Assembly (NCBI GenBank): GCA_964016885.1
Contig: OZ024740.1
Span: 188,294,001-188,358,000 of the forward strand
Reading direction: 5' to 3'
DNA from: Eledone cirrhosa
Lineage: Eukaryota
DNA: 64,000 nt
Shown here: positions 27,241 through 39,870 of the stretch, piece by piece
How the letters are laid out: each line of letters starts with the position of its first letter
Numbering within the stretch: position 1 is the stretch's first letter
Made by a program: the position numbers and the translations under genes
The notes under the pieces: model-generated
The model's database searches: none
Told to the model about the DNA's origin: nothing
Seen by the model: only the letters and a program-made list of their open reading frames with translations

Positions 27241-28737
27241 ATCATAATAATAATTTTTAACAAAGGCACAGGGCTCAGAATTTTGGAGAGAGAGGGAAAA
27301 GTTGCTTGACTGGTACTTCAGATAGGGAGGAAACTAATATCATGTTGGTTCAAATATCTTGTATGTCATTCCATTTCTCTGCATTCTTAGTTCAACCATC
27401 ACCAAGTTTGATATCCCCCCCCCACCCCCACCCCACATCATGCAGGTATCAATTAGATAAATACTTGATATCTATATATTCAATATATTATCCAATATAA
27501 GAAAATATCATAGTTGTTATATTTTAATATGAATATTATTTGAGGTATATCAGGCAAGGAATACATTGCATTCTACTTAGTTCTACCATTATACATCCCA
27601 ATTAATGCTTTGTTTTTGGATACAACCAATTAAATTGTTTCTGTTGTAGTTTTGATAGTTTTATTGATTAATGGGAAGAAATAAAATGTAAACTTTCAAA
27701 ATGTCTGTGTAGCACAAGGAAGGTCACTATTCTTTAAAACAGTTCATCTAATGCTCTGTGATTTCAGTCAAATCCTCATCTTTTCATCAAACAAAAACAA
27801 ATCCGTTTTTATTAGGTAATAATAGATACCTTATTTATTCAAACAGGCTTTCCTTATGGTTGTTTCGATATTCAGTACTTGACTGTATATTTTCTAAAGA
27901 TATAGTGTTCTTTTCTATTGTGTAATGTTACCTTTTAAATGTTAATATTATGTGTTATTCAGATTTAAACCCCATATGATATATTACTTAATATATCCTT
28001 TCTTCAATTGATTTTCCATGCTATTTAAAAATCTCAAAAAATTTTAATATGTTCTTAGTTTAACATATCTTTGTAAGTTATCCATATGTGATATGTAATA
28101 TCGATGTAGAAATATATATTTACACCTATGTGTTCATCCATGTACATTCATCTTCATTTATACACCTAGATGTGTATGTTAATAAACTATGTCAGGAAAT
28201 TCGTTGTCTATTGCAATCAATTTCTTGAAGACATTGTGTATTAGATTCATAATCATTTGACATTTAAACATGATATTCAGTAAGATACTTTATTGTATTT
28301 ACATATCTGTTACTGACATTTTGTGAGATAGTAAATTCAGCAAATTAATTTTCATTAGTAAGATGTTTGGTTTCTTCACATTAACCAGCTAGCTTAGATT
28401 GTTTATTGAATTTTAGAAGCAAAGAAACCAAAGATATATATATATATATATGGAATTCAATTCAGATCACATGCTCCAAAATGTTATCTAAGTTATAACA
28501 AAATATAGTGGCACCATCATTTTCATCACCATCATCATGTTACATCTGTTTTCCATGCAGGCATGGGTTGGATCAGTTACAGTTCATGTCAGATTTTATT
28601 TGAAGTTACTGCCCTCCTAGATGGTTTGGAGTATACTGGATGCATTTTATCATGGGAAAATAACATGATACAACTTTGTCAAGTGAAACATTAAGTTAAT
28701 GTTTGGGCTGTCATTTGAAGCTTCTTACCCTTAAGTT

Positions 28738-29013
28738 GTTGTTGTTGTTGTTCTTCTTCTTCTTCTTCTTCTTCTTCTTCTTCTCCTTCTTCTTCTTCTC
28801 CTCCTCCTCCTCCTCCTCCTCTTCCTCCTCATCCTCCTCATCCTCCTCATCCTCCTCATCCTCCTCATCCTCCTCATCCTCCTCCTCCTCCTCCTCCTCC
28901 TCCACCTCCTCATTCTTCTTCTCCTCCTCCTTCTTCTTCTTCTCATTCTCCTCCGCCTCCTCCTTCTTCTTCTTCTTCTTCTTCTTCTTCTTCTTCTTTC
29001 CTGAGACATCCTA
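28738..29013. repeat. Compound trinucleotide tract (GTT)n(CTT)n(CCT)n(TCCTCCTCA)n flanked by an 11-bp direct repeat
   Basis: Tract visible directly; acccttaagtt at 28727-28737 and 29014-29024. Confidence 0.9.
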
Positions 29014-29329
29014 ACCCTTAAGTTAATAATCTATTTAAACAAACGTGTTACCAATTGCAACCATTCTCTGAAAGCATTCCTTATTTGTTAAAATTATAAC
29101 AATATTCAATATTCAAATATTATTTTCTTCTATTACATAAACAATATTTGATATCTATTATAGAAAATGGTTTTACAAATGTAATTAAAAGCAGTTAGTT
29201 CTGTACAAATTCATAATAATTTATAAAATATGCTAAATAACCTTCTCTTTTATTTAAAAAGAAATACATATTTTTAAAAATGTACAACTCATTTTCTGTA
29301 TAAGAATATCTATTATGCAGCAGTATAAT

Positions 29330-29520
29330 ATAATTGTTTCTACTTTAGGCACAAGGCCAGCAATTATCCCAGTGCATTACTGGTACTTTATTTTATCGAC
29401 CCCGTAAGGATGAAAGGCAAAGTCAACCTCGGCGGGATTTGAACTCAGATCGTAAAGGGACGTAACTATGCTGGAAAGCATGGCGTCCGACCCTCTACTG
29501 ATACTGCCAATCCACTGCCC
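29330..29520 (-). mobile_element. Young SINE family A with 11-bp TSD
   Basis: TSD tataatataat at 29324-29334 and 29521-29531; near-identical to 36746-36935. Confidence 0.92.
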
Positions 29521-32472
29521 TATAATATAATACCATAGCATGTTTCCTAATATGAAGGAAGGTTAACCTAAAAACGAAGTTTTCTAATAAACATTTTCCA
29601 TAAAGAAAAGCTTTGATAGTCTAAATGAATCATATATTAGATTTACAAACACATGAGGTAGAAATATAGAAAGTCTATCTCAATTATCAACCAGATCCCT
29701 GGTACGAAAAATCAGGATTGAAAGGAACACCAACAAGAGAAAGGAAAAATGAGAGGACATAGCATTAAACCTTTAAGAGTATCTTTGAACAGTGTTGAGA
29801 CACTGGAGAAATTGTTGAACATGCAATCATTTGATGTGAGGCCCTTACTTAATCACTTTTCCAAAATAGTTGTTCAGATCTTGTTTCTTGTTTAACCTGA
29901 ATATCTCTTTGAATTTATGTTGTATTAAATAGGATTTTAAAGAAAGTATATTTAATTATAATCCCCTTCTAATCATAGTTACCACGTATATTGTTTTCTT
30001 GCATTAAGCAATTATATTTATGGTCAATGAAAACATAAAAATGTATTAAATTTTAAGTACCAATACCCTCGTATTTTAAACACATTAACTTAGATAAATT
30101 AAAGTTTTCATTGAATCCTAAAGCAATTTCAGATTTTTAATTCCATTGACATCTATGTGAAAGTAAAGCTCTGTGTTCTGTAGGCTGAATTAATTACATT
30201 AATATTACTCTACTTGGATTATTGATTTCAGAAGAAATTCAAGTTAATACAATCTACTCAGAATTCAAATATGGTAACCTACGACCAAAATTATGTTCTA
30301 TTCATCAAAATACTGTTCTGCCCACACAAGTTAATAATTAAGATCATTAGAGCTTTTTGCTATTGAAAACCATTGCTGCATTTTACCATTTAACTTAAGC
30401 AAATATGAAAAGAGAATGACAATACAATGAGCACATTAAATATAACTGGAAACTCTCTTTGTCTGAATAAATGGGACAAACACACAAACTCACATACATT
30501 GATTCTCTACAAACTTGACCCTAACTGTTTTAAATTTGTGACTTTCAAACAATATTCCATGTTATACAAAATTGCTGAATGTGTATTTCCTTTTGTTTTT
30601 GTTTCAATATGAACACTACAATGACTGTAGGTTTTATAAGATTATGGTAATTTAAACTTACTTGATATAATAAAATGATTTCGTTGTTGTTGTTATTCTC
30701 TTGAACACCTTATGTTCCATATAGACTCTAAACATTTCTAATTTAATTTCCAATTTTTATGAGACAAGCATTTAAATATTATTATCAACTGAGGACAACA
30801 TTACAACATTTTAGTAAATGAAAAGTGTTGGAGGTTTATAGTCATAGACATAGCTTTGTTAATAAATACACATTCACTTCTTGTTCTCATTATCTTGTAT
30901 ATGATTTGATACATAACTATGCATTCATGTAGTATGTTGTGACTAGACATATATATTGCATTCTTTACTTCTTGAATAAAATTTTAAAGATAAATGATAG
31001 AGAAAATTTTGAAGAAAATTTATTGGCCAAAATTCATTATATTTTTCAGTTGTCATATCTTGTGTAATGGAATTTTTCAGTCATTGTACTAAACTCAGCA
31101 TTAAGAATGATTTCAAATAACTTTTAAGCATAAATAATTAATAGTATGTTTTGATACAAAGTGCATACTTCTTTTTCTTTTGTGCATCTCATAAAAACTT
31201 ACCTTGAGGAGTTTTTGGTGAAATAATACCAGTAATAAAATGCACATTTTCGTGTATAATTATATTAGTTATATATCTCCCATAGATATTTTGTGGATCT
31301 TGTCAGTAGTATTTCAGAATACATATTTTTTTTGTTTCTGTTTTAAATAAAGAAAGTACTCAAAAAAACAGTCTCACTGTAAAATAAACCAACACAAGTA
31401 TGTTTATTAACTGTTGGCCTTGAGAAGATATCAATGCTGAATCTATCTTTGCGAAACATCCCTGAAAAGAGAAATAGAAAACAAAATTCAAAATTGTATA
31501 ACAGATTATTGGTTATATTCATCATCATTACTATTCAGATTTGAAGGCACTTTAATAGTCCTTAGTAGTACTTGAGAAATTAGATCGACTTTATTTCTTT
31601 TGGAACACAATAGCATGTTTCAAAATTTCAGAATGAGAGGTTGGAAAACTTAGTGAACACAAAGTTATCTTTTTCAGAATGTTCACTGAAATGCTATGAA
31701 TTATGTTGTATATTTTGTGAAGCTGCAGAATGTATACAGACTGAAAACCAAACCTCCAATCACACAAATAACCAATGTAACTAGAATAAAATAAAAACTA
31801 TTAAATGAAAGTTACAAAACAATCAAGAAGGAAGTAAGTCTTCATGATAGGTTTACAACTGCCAATGGCTTATAGGTTATTGACTATGCCTGAAATATGG
31901 AGGTATAAAGAGTCAGTGAAATGAAATAGCTAACCATTCCGAATCTGAACTTGAAATGTAGTTCAGTGACACCTTAAATAAAATGTATGGTGATCATAGA
32001 TTGATAAATTTGTAGGATAATAAATAAATGTTAAATTTAAATGTTTGTTTGTTGATTAAAAACATTCTACAGTATGCTGAGAGGAGTAGTGTATTAGATT
32101 TATATGGTGGCAAACTGGCAAAGCCAATCAGAGCACCTCCAAATATTTGTTGTGGCTCTCTGTGATTTGAGTTCAAATTCCATGTAGATATTCAAATAAT
32201 ACTGATAGTCAAGGCTAATCACCTGAATATGAGACAACAGTTGATTATGAAAGATGGAATGCGGGGAGAGGACTGGTTATCAGAAGGATGATGATATTGG
32301 TAAACACCATTGGCATATATTAACTTAAATTACAAAAATCTTATTTGCCATTGTAATAATCAGATTTCTTTAGCTGTAACAATATCCTAATTAGTTTATA
32401 TTGCTAACTAAGCATAGTCATTCACCTTTTTCCTAAGGTCTGACATGGTCTGTAAAATAGCATAGCAGTAAA

Positions 32473-32524
<52 letters not shown>

Positions 32525-32902
32525 AAGTAAATAAAGGGTTTACCTTGTTAAGCTCTGCATCGTTTACAGCTTACTTTCTTTGATTTTTTATGTTATTCAA
32601 TATCCTAACATTATTACTGGTTTGTTTTCTCCCTATTATAGAGTTGGAATTCATTTTCAAAATATGATAGTGAGAAAAGTTCATTAGAAAAGAAAATAAG
32701 TGAATTGCAATGGATAATTTCATTCAGATGGATTTGTGCAATGGCTTGGTTTTCTTCATATTTTATTTATTTCGTTTGTGTTTTCATATTAGGCATTTTT
32801 TTTTCTCAACCTCACAAACTATTACAAAACCAGTATTCTTCAACATTAATAGGAATCATTGCCAAAAGCATGTTTCCTTTTATTTTTGTCACTAAATAAT
32901 AT

Positions 32903-32975
32903 CTATATATATAATATATATATATATGTTTGTGTGTGTGTGTGTATATATGTATAGGTATATGTATGTATGTAT

Positions 32976-33007
<32 letters not shown>

Positions 33008-33240
33008 GTATGTATATATATATATATGTATATGTATGTATATATATGTATGTATATGTATGTATGTATATGTATATATATATATCTATATGTATATATA
33101 TGTATGTATATGTATATATATATATATATCTATATGTATATATATATCTATATGTATATATATGTATGTATATGTATATATATATATATATCTATATGTA
33201 TATATATGTATGTATATGTATGCATGTATATATATATAAT
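32903..33240. repeat. Long interrupted (TA)n/(TATG)n microsatellite
   Basis: Directly visible; it explains the three overlapping Y/I/M/V/C-rich ORFs. Confidence 0.95.
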
Positions 33241-33950
33241 TCATTTATGCATGGATGCACGCACACACACACAAGATACTCTTTAATACTCAGGCAAAGT
33301 CTGTTCCTCATTATCTCTGACCTGAATAAAATTATGGGGAGAGAAAACCAATCCAAAATTAGAAATTCAGTTTCAATAATGCTTTATCAAAATATTGTTC
33401 AGATTGATTATCTTTTCTTTTGAAACGTAACTCTTCACTCAGTTATAAATTCTGCTGCGGTAGCTGACTATATCAGAAATTTATGTATAGTTATTTCAAG
33501 ACTTCAACAAAGGGAATCACTCTATGTCATGCAAGACTTTCAGGATCCCAGCAGACAAAATGATGAATGAGTTACTCCAAAGGCTGGTGACAGAGATGCA
33601 CTGAGGTCAGTTTAACTTGTAGGGTTTGTTCTTGCAGATGACTACCTCCATCATATTTAAAATGCATAGGGATGTAGTTTATGAATTCAGCATATTATAT
33701 GTTTCCTCGGTTATAGATTCAACAAGCAACCAATCAGAAAGCTGCTAATAATTTATCAGCTTGTGCCAGTTGGGCCTGATTTCGATTTCACCAGGTTACT
33801 ACTGGAGAAAGTATCACTACAGATCACATCCCAGATTAAGAATTTACTACTTCACAATAGGGAGATTAGGATGATATCTGATATTTTGTAATCCCTACAG
33901 TCTAATTCCACTATTGATGGAACACTGGCTACTTCAAAAAATGTCAGTCA

Positions 33951-34354
33951 TAATAATTGTTTCTACTTTTGTCACAACAACGACAATTATACCAGTGCAT
34001 TACTAGTGCTTTATTTTATTGACCCCATAATGATGAAATGCAAAGTTAACCTCGGTGGGATTTGAAGAACTCAATCCATAAAGGGCCGTAACTCTATGCT
34101 TCAAAGCATGGCAGCCAACATTCTACCAATACTGCCAATCCACCACCCCTATATCAGCTATAATAATTGTTTCTACTTTTGGCACAAGGCCAACAATTAC
34201 CCAGAGCATTACTGGTACTTTATTTTATCAACCCCGTAAGGATGAAAGGCAAAGTTAACCTCGGCGGGATTTGAACTCAGAATGGCAAGGGCCGTAACTC
34301 TATGTGTCAAAGCATGGCATCCGACCCTCTACCGATACTGCCAATCCACCGCCA
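33951..34354 (-). mobile_element. Two head-to-tail SINE family A copies (33951-34149 older, 34161-34354 younger)
   Basis: Both match the consensus. The second is flanked by cagctataataat at 34155-34167 and 34363-34375. Confidence 0.9.
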
Positions 34355-35131
34355 TACTATAACAGCTATAATAATGACCAACTATAGCTCTAACTTGTAT
34401 TTATATTCTGCTGAAGATATTTTTTCAAACATTTCACGAAACTTCATGTCATTTGTAAATTAACTAAATTTGTCATAGTAATTGGAAAATAAACAAGCTT
34501 TGCAATCATTTGTCAACAAAAATAGAGAATCATAAAATAATTATGTTGCCTAATTATTTTAAACTTGGCAATATCTGCTGATGTATGAGAAATAGCATTT
34601 TAACTTATTCTAATGTATAAACAATTTAATTCCCACTAAAAAAATGGATATTTTAGCCAAATTTTACACTATGATTAGTTAAGAAGCAAATAATTAAATT
34701 GTTTTTTATTATTTGCAATTATCAATATGAGGTAGGTTATTCAGATTATACACAGAAATAACATAATTCCTTCATTCTAAGTTCAAATTTTATTGAAATC
34801 AACTTGGCTTTGAATTATGTATCTCTGATGCCATGACAAAATGCATCCAGTGGATTCTGTAAAATATTTGATGAATGAGAGTGAAACAGAGGAGAATCCT
34901 TAATTTCTTCAAGAACATGAAACCATCTTAGTGCTGGTGACATGTTATAATATACCTGGTACACTTTATCAACTGGTTCATGACATAGTGTGATACTATG
35001 AAAACCATACTAAAAATGGAATTTATAAGTAAGACACTACCTCTACTCTGAATCATGGAAAAAGGCCTGCAAAATGAAAGTAATGTTGATAATGATACAT
35101 ATGTTTGTGCGTAAATAAATATATATATATA

Positions 35132-35418
35132 CAGACCAGGTGATGTGTTGTTTCCTTCAGCAAGACACTTTATTTCACATTGCTCCAGTTTACTTAGCTG
35201 TAGAAATGAGATGATAGGGACCGGGGTCCCTATTATTCCACTGCAAAGTGGTCGTGGAGGTGCCACGGCAAGAAAAGCACCCAGCACTCACTGTAAATGA
35301 GGTTGGTGTTAGGAAGGGCATCCAGCTGTAGAAATCAAGCCAGAATCAATTCCCGTCCCACCCTTGCAAGCAGGGAAAAGTGGACGTAAAATGATGATGA
35401 TTATGATGATGATGATGA
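35132..35418 (+). mobile_element. 5'-truncated CORE-like SINE with RTE 3'-UTR (module C) tail
   Basis: gcaagacactttatttcacattgctccagtttacttagctgtagaaatgag core, then gcacccagcactcactgtaaatgaggttggtgttaggaagggcatccagctgtagaaa, ending ggacgtaaaatgatgatg. Confidence 0.85.
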
Positions 35419-36745
35419 TATGTGTGTGTGTGTTGGACATCCATTCTTTCCGATGAGTGTCGAGTTGATTGGATCAATGAAAACATCCTTCTCATGTAAA
35501 TTATGTGCAAATGGCTGTGCATTATATGGGAATATGTGCCCTTAATATAGTTCTCAATTTGATTCAGCATGATACAGGATGTGACAAATACAGGTACAAT
35601 TCAATTTTTCCACATTTACTCACTCTCACACAGACACAGACAGAGTTGTCTGCCAAAATGTTGTGTGAATTAAGCAGCTTTGTAAGCATAAAGAAATATG
35701 TATGCTGGAAAATATATAATTGATCACTTGTATTTTCCTCAAAATGTTTAGGTACCATTTAGTTTTGCATATTACGATTTTATAATGTCTTGTTCAGTTT
35801 CATCTACCTCCTTGCTTCAGTAAATATAGATTCTTACTGAATCAATGTTATTTGATTTAAAATGTCATATTAAATATTTCAATAATATGTTGAATATTGC
35901 ATAGTTATTTTTATTTGTAGTGGTTGTGTTGATATTCCTTTGCTATTACTCTGTTTGTTTCTCTGGGTACAATATTAATATATAAAACTTATTTGAAGAT
36001 GTGTTTAACATTTCTTCATTTCGAATATTAAAAGTTCCCACTTCTTTTTTGAAGGGAAAATTTATTTGGAACTATATTGATTTGTTTGAAATCTGCAGCA
36101 TAATCATGGCAAATTCTTCTTTCATGCTATTGAGCGATCTACTCGAGTTTTTTTCTTTGGTAAATAGGTCAATGCTTGGTATGTTCTCAATGACCTATGC
36201 TCTATTAGCATTTATATCTGAAATAACTACATTGAATTAATTTGCAATGAAGAGACTGACTCCATGTCTGTCTCTTAGGAGGAAATATTTCCAAAATATA
36301 TATTGTACTAGTTTTTCAAGTAGAATCTTATTAATAGTTTCTTATGTAGGCACAAGGCCAACAATTTTGCAGAAGAGGAAAGTTGGTTAAGTCGACTCCA
36401 GTGCATTACTGGTACATTATTTTATTGACCCCATAAGAATGAAAGGCAAGACTAACCTTAGCATTACTAGGATTAGTTGAAAATAATTAAAATATTAAAT
36501 GAAAATATTTATTTCTAATTCTGTGTAATAATTATAATCTCTATAATATGTTAATAGACATTTTTTAAGTTTAAAAAAATCTGGAATTTATTATATCAGA
36601 TATACCATTTGGTAATTAGTATTCATGCTTATCAAACAGCAGAATGCTAGGACATCAGATTAAATACTTTCCATATTTAATTCCAATCCTTTATATTGTG
36701 GAATTCAATACTCCAATGGTCAACTTTGTCTTTTATGTTGATAAA

Positions 36746-36935
36746 ATAATTGTTTCTACTTTAGGCACAAGGCCACCAATTACCCAGTGCATTACTGGTA
36801 CTTTATTTTATCGACCCCGTAAGGATGAAAGGCAAAGTCAACCTCGGCGGGATTTGAACTCAGATCGTAAAGGGACGTAACTATGCTGGAAAGCATGGCG
36901 TCCGACCCTCTACCGATACTGCCAATCCACTGCCA
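36746..36935 (-). mobile_element. Young SINE family A with 19-bp TSD, inserted in an older opposite-strand copy
   Basis: TSD tttatgttgataaaataat at 36732-36750 and 36936-36954. The flank gaattcaatac..ggtcaactttgtctttt is an old + strand copy. Confidence 0.92.
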
Positions 36936-37197
36936 TTTATGTTGATAAAATAATGAAAATTAAGTATGTGATTGACTCCACACAAACTGATAGTTAATAT
37001 ATTTCCCTTTCAGTTTGTTGCTTTGTGCTTATAAGAGGTATTTTAGTGACTGAGTCATGAGAATTATATGCTATATGCATTATTTTTCATGCTGTATTTG
37101 CTAAGATAAATGCCTGTCTCTCTTGACATTACATTCTTCTAGTGTCAGTTGACAGAGTGAGTGTTATTAATATAATGGTGGCTGATTCAATTATCTC

Positions 37198-37430
37198 TAT
37201 CATCATCATATGTATGTTTTCCATGCTGGCATGGGTTGGATTATTTGTTACAGTCCAAAACATATGATGGTCAGATAACCATGTCTTGCTCAAACATTCC
37301 ATATTTTAGCATGGTTTCTGTGGGTGGATGCCCTTCCTTATGCAAAATATTTTGCATGGTACACTGGTTACATTTTATTATGGCATCAGCAATAACAATT
37401 TACTGAGTGTACTGGCTGGGTCTTGTTGCA
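37198..37430 (-). mobile_element. RTE 3'-UTR module C fragment
   Basis: catcatcat..ttttccatgctggcatgggttgga tail and ggatgcccttcct motif. Confidence 0.65.
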
Positions 37431-39624
37431 GCAATAGAGAGTTTATGTGCCCCCCCCTCCCCCCACACCTAAAAAGAACAACATTGACTTGTGCCTATGT
37501 AAAAGACCCATAATTTTATTTTTTCCAGTGATTAATCAAGATAATGATATGCACAACTTTAGGTTGCTATTTTCACGCAATTAGGATAATATCAATTATT
37601 GATTTCTATTTTTGGCACTAGGTCAGCAAATTTGGGGTTGGAGAAAAGTTGATTAAATATTACTGGTTTTATTGAATGTAGTAATCTAAGCAAGTTTATT
37701 AATTCTTGATTTTGTATATGTATATTAAATTATGTAGAATTTCAAGAGCCTAGAGAAATGTACACCTGTGTATTCATGAACTGGGAGCTTATATTGCCAT
37801 GCTAGAGATTAAATATATGAAATAAGTTGGTTTTGACGAAAATCAATGAAATATGAAAGCTGGATGAATTCCAGAAAAAAGAAGATACTACAATAATGAA
37901 GTGTTAATGAAGCTAAAGAATTTGACCTTTCCATTAAGATTAACATTTTTGGTGTTCTATATTCTCTTTTATTTATTATTTTGATATAATTATCATTAAT
38001 TTTATGGCAGAGAATTGAAGACACCAACAAATAATCTTCACGACCATTAATAATTTTGAAGATTTCACTAATCTTCATAGAATCCTCTCTTTGGCAATTT
38101 ACAACTTGGTAGATTTCAATATTTTCTTGTTTTCCTTTTATTTCAGCAGCATATCAACTCACAGTCCATTTAAAACATGTGACTGATTGATGCTGCAGAT
38201 GGGAATAATGGTGTTATTGTTCTTTCATTTCAGAAACTATTGATTGGGATTAAGTTAGTACTACAATAATTGAATGAGATATTAGTTACAAAAATGAATC
38301 TCTAGTTTTATATAAAATAATATACTACAAATTCTTTTCTTTTAGTAATTAAAATTGATAGTCTATGTAATTTAGGGATCTGGTCTATCATGTGGAAATA
38401 TTGTAAATATGTTGCAAATTCAGAATCAAATTACAAGGTAGTACACACTTTCAACAACCCCTATTTTCTTGTTTAAAATATTTGATGATACATCAATAAT
38501 CCAATTCTAATAATAAAAAAAGTTTAATTGAGACATTACAAGAAGCTTATTATAGGTATGGTCAATATTAAGCTGTCTTCCATAATGGATTTAGCAAGAT
38601 TTCACTTGAATGTTAATCATAGATACTGTATTAAGCACTAGCAGCTGCGGTCTCTTTAACTTTTATAAACCAAACACAATGGTATGAATATATATCTGTG
38701 AGAGTGTTTATGTGTAACTGTCGTATTTGTGTGTGTGTTTGTAGTTTGTGTTTCTTCCAAATTCAAACTATTTTATTAAGCTAAGAATTTACATTTATCA
38801 GTAATTGTGGGCAAAGGTTTGCTGGTATCTCAGGATCATACACATTACATTATATCATTTGTATTATAATCCCCTTGACATAGGGGAATTCTATATTTGT
38901 TTCAAAAGGTTTTGAACACTTAATTGTAATAGTCAATCATGATACTATTAACGCAATCTTAGAGTTCTGTTTTTTCACCAAATCAATTAGTCGTTATGTA
39001 ATTATATAGTGCTATGATGTGCTTCAAATAATTTCATAAATCAAATGATTTTAGCCAGCCTTGTTATTATTTATTGTTAATAATGCTACGTTTGATTTTC
39101 TTGGAATATAATATAAATGAGCCTCTCATTAACATTATGTTGTATACTTTAACACATAAATGAATCAATGCAAAGAAAGAGATGTGAAGATCTTCACAAT
39201 TAGTCAATGGGAAACTATGTCTACTATTTACTATAGAGTTTAATATATGGTTTGTTTTCCACTGATTCATCTTATTAGGAATTCTATTAGCTTCAATTCA
39301 ATTAAAATAGAGCAATTTCATTCTCAATAATGATATAACTATTCTCTCAATTGGAGTAATAAGCAATATGAAGAACTTAAACTTTGATGCTAACTTGAAG
39401 ATTTCATAATTTGTTGTCTTAGTGAAATTAATTTATCATCTTGGAAGGTTTTAAGCATAATACATTATACACATGCTGAATATGTGCTTAGATTGGTATT
39501 ATCATCCAAATCTGAAATATCTAATGAGATTAATGATTGCTAATAGTTACATATTTTGAAACTCAGGATTACACACCAACAACCATTTTAAGACTATTTT
39601 CCCTACTAAGACAGAGATTAGACT

Positions 39625-39870
39625 TGTGGTCTCCATAATAAATAGCATACTCACCATGGAGCCTTTTTTGAGGTTGTGGGTTTGATTCCCAGACTGGGCA
39701 ATGTATTATGTCCTTGAGCAAGACACTTTATTTCATGTTGATTCTCCTGCCAGGTATTGTGACTGGTAGAGAGTATCAGCAATTGGAAAGACTAATGGAA
39801 ACATTGGTCCAATCTGATGAGTTCCACTTCACTCAGTAAGAGAATGAGGTTTGGACTCTTGTCATTCATC
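39625..39870 (+). mobile_element. CORE-like SINE with module D tail
   Basis: gggtttgattcccagactggg..ttgagcaagacactttatttcatgttg, then gtgactggtagagagtatcagcaattggaaagactaatggaaacattg. Confidence 0.7.

Noticed and set aside
28703-29014. Poly-E/D/K, poly-R and poly-S/F ORFs
   Set aside because: Translations of a trinucleotide tract bounded by a direct repeat; no splice context or unique coding sequence.
32926-33423. 165-aa ORF and other YIYI-type ORFs (e.g. 5840, 22678, 61045)
   Set aside because: Stop-free only because of TA/TG microsatellites.
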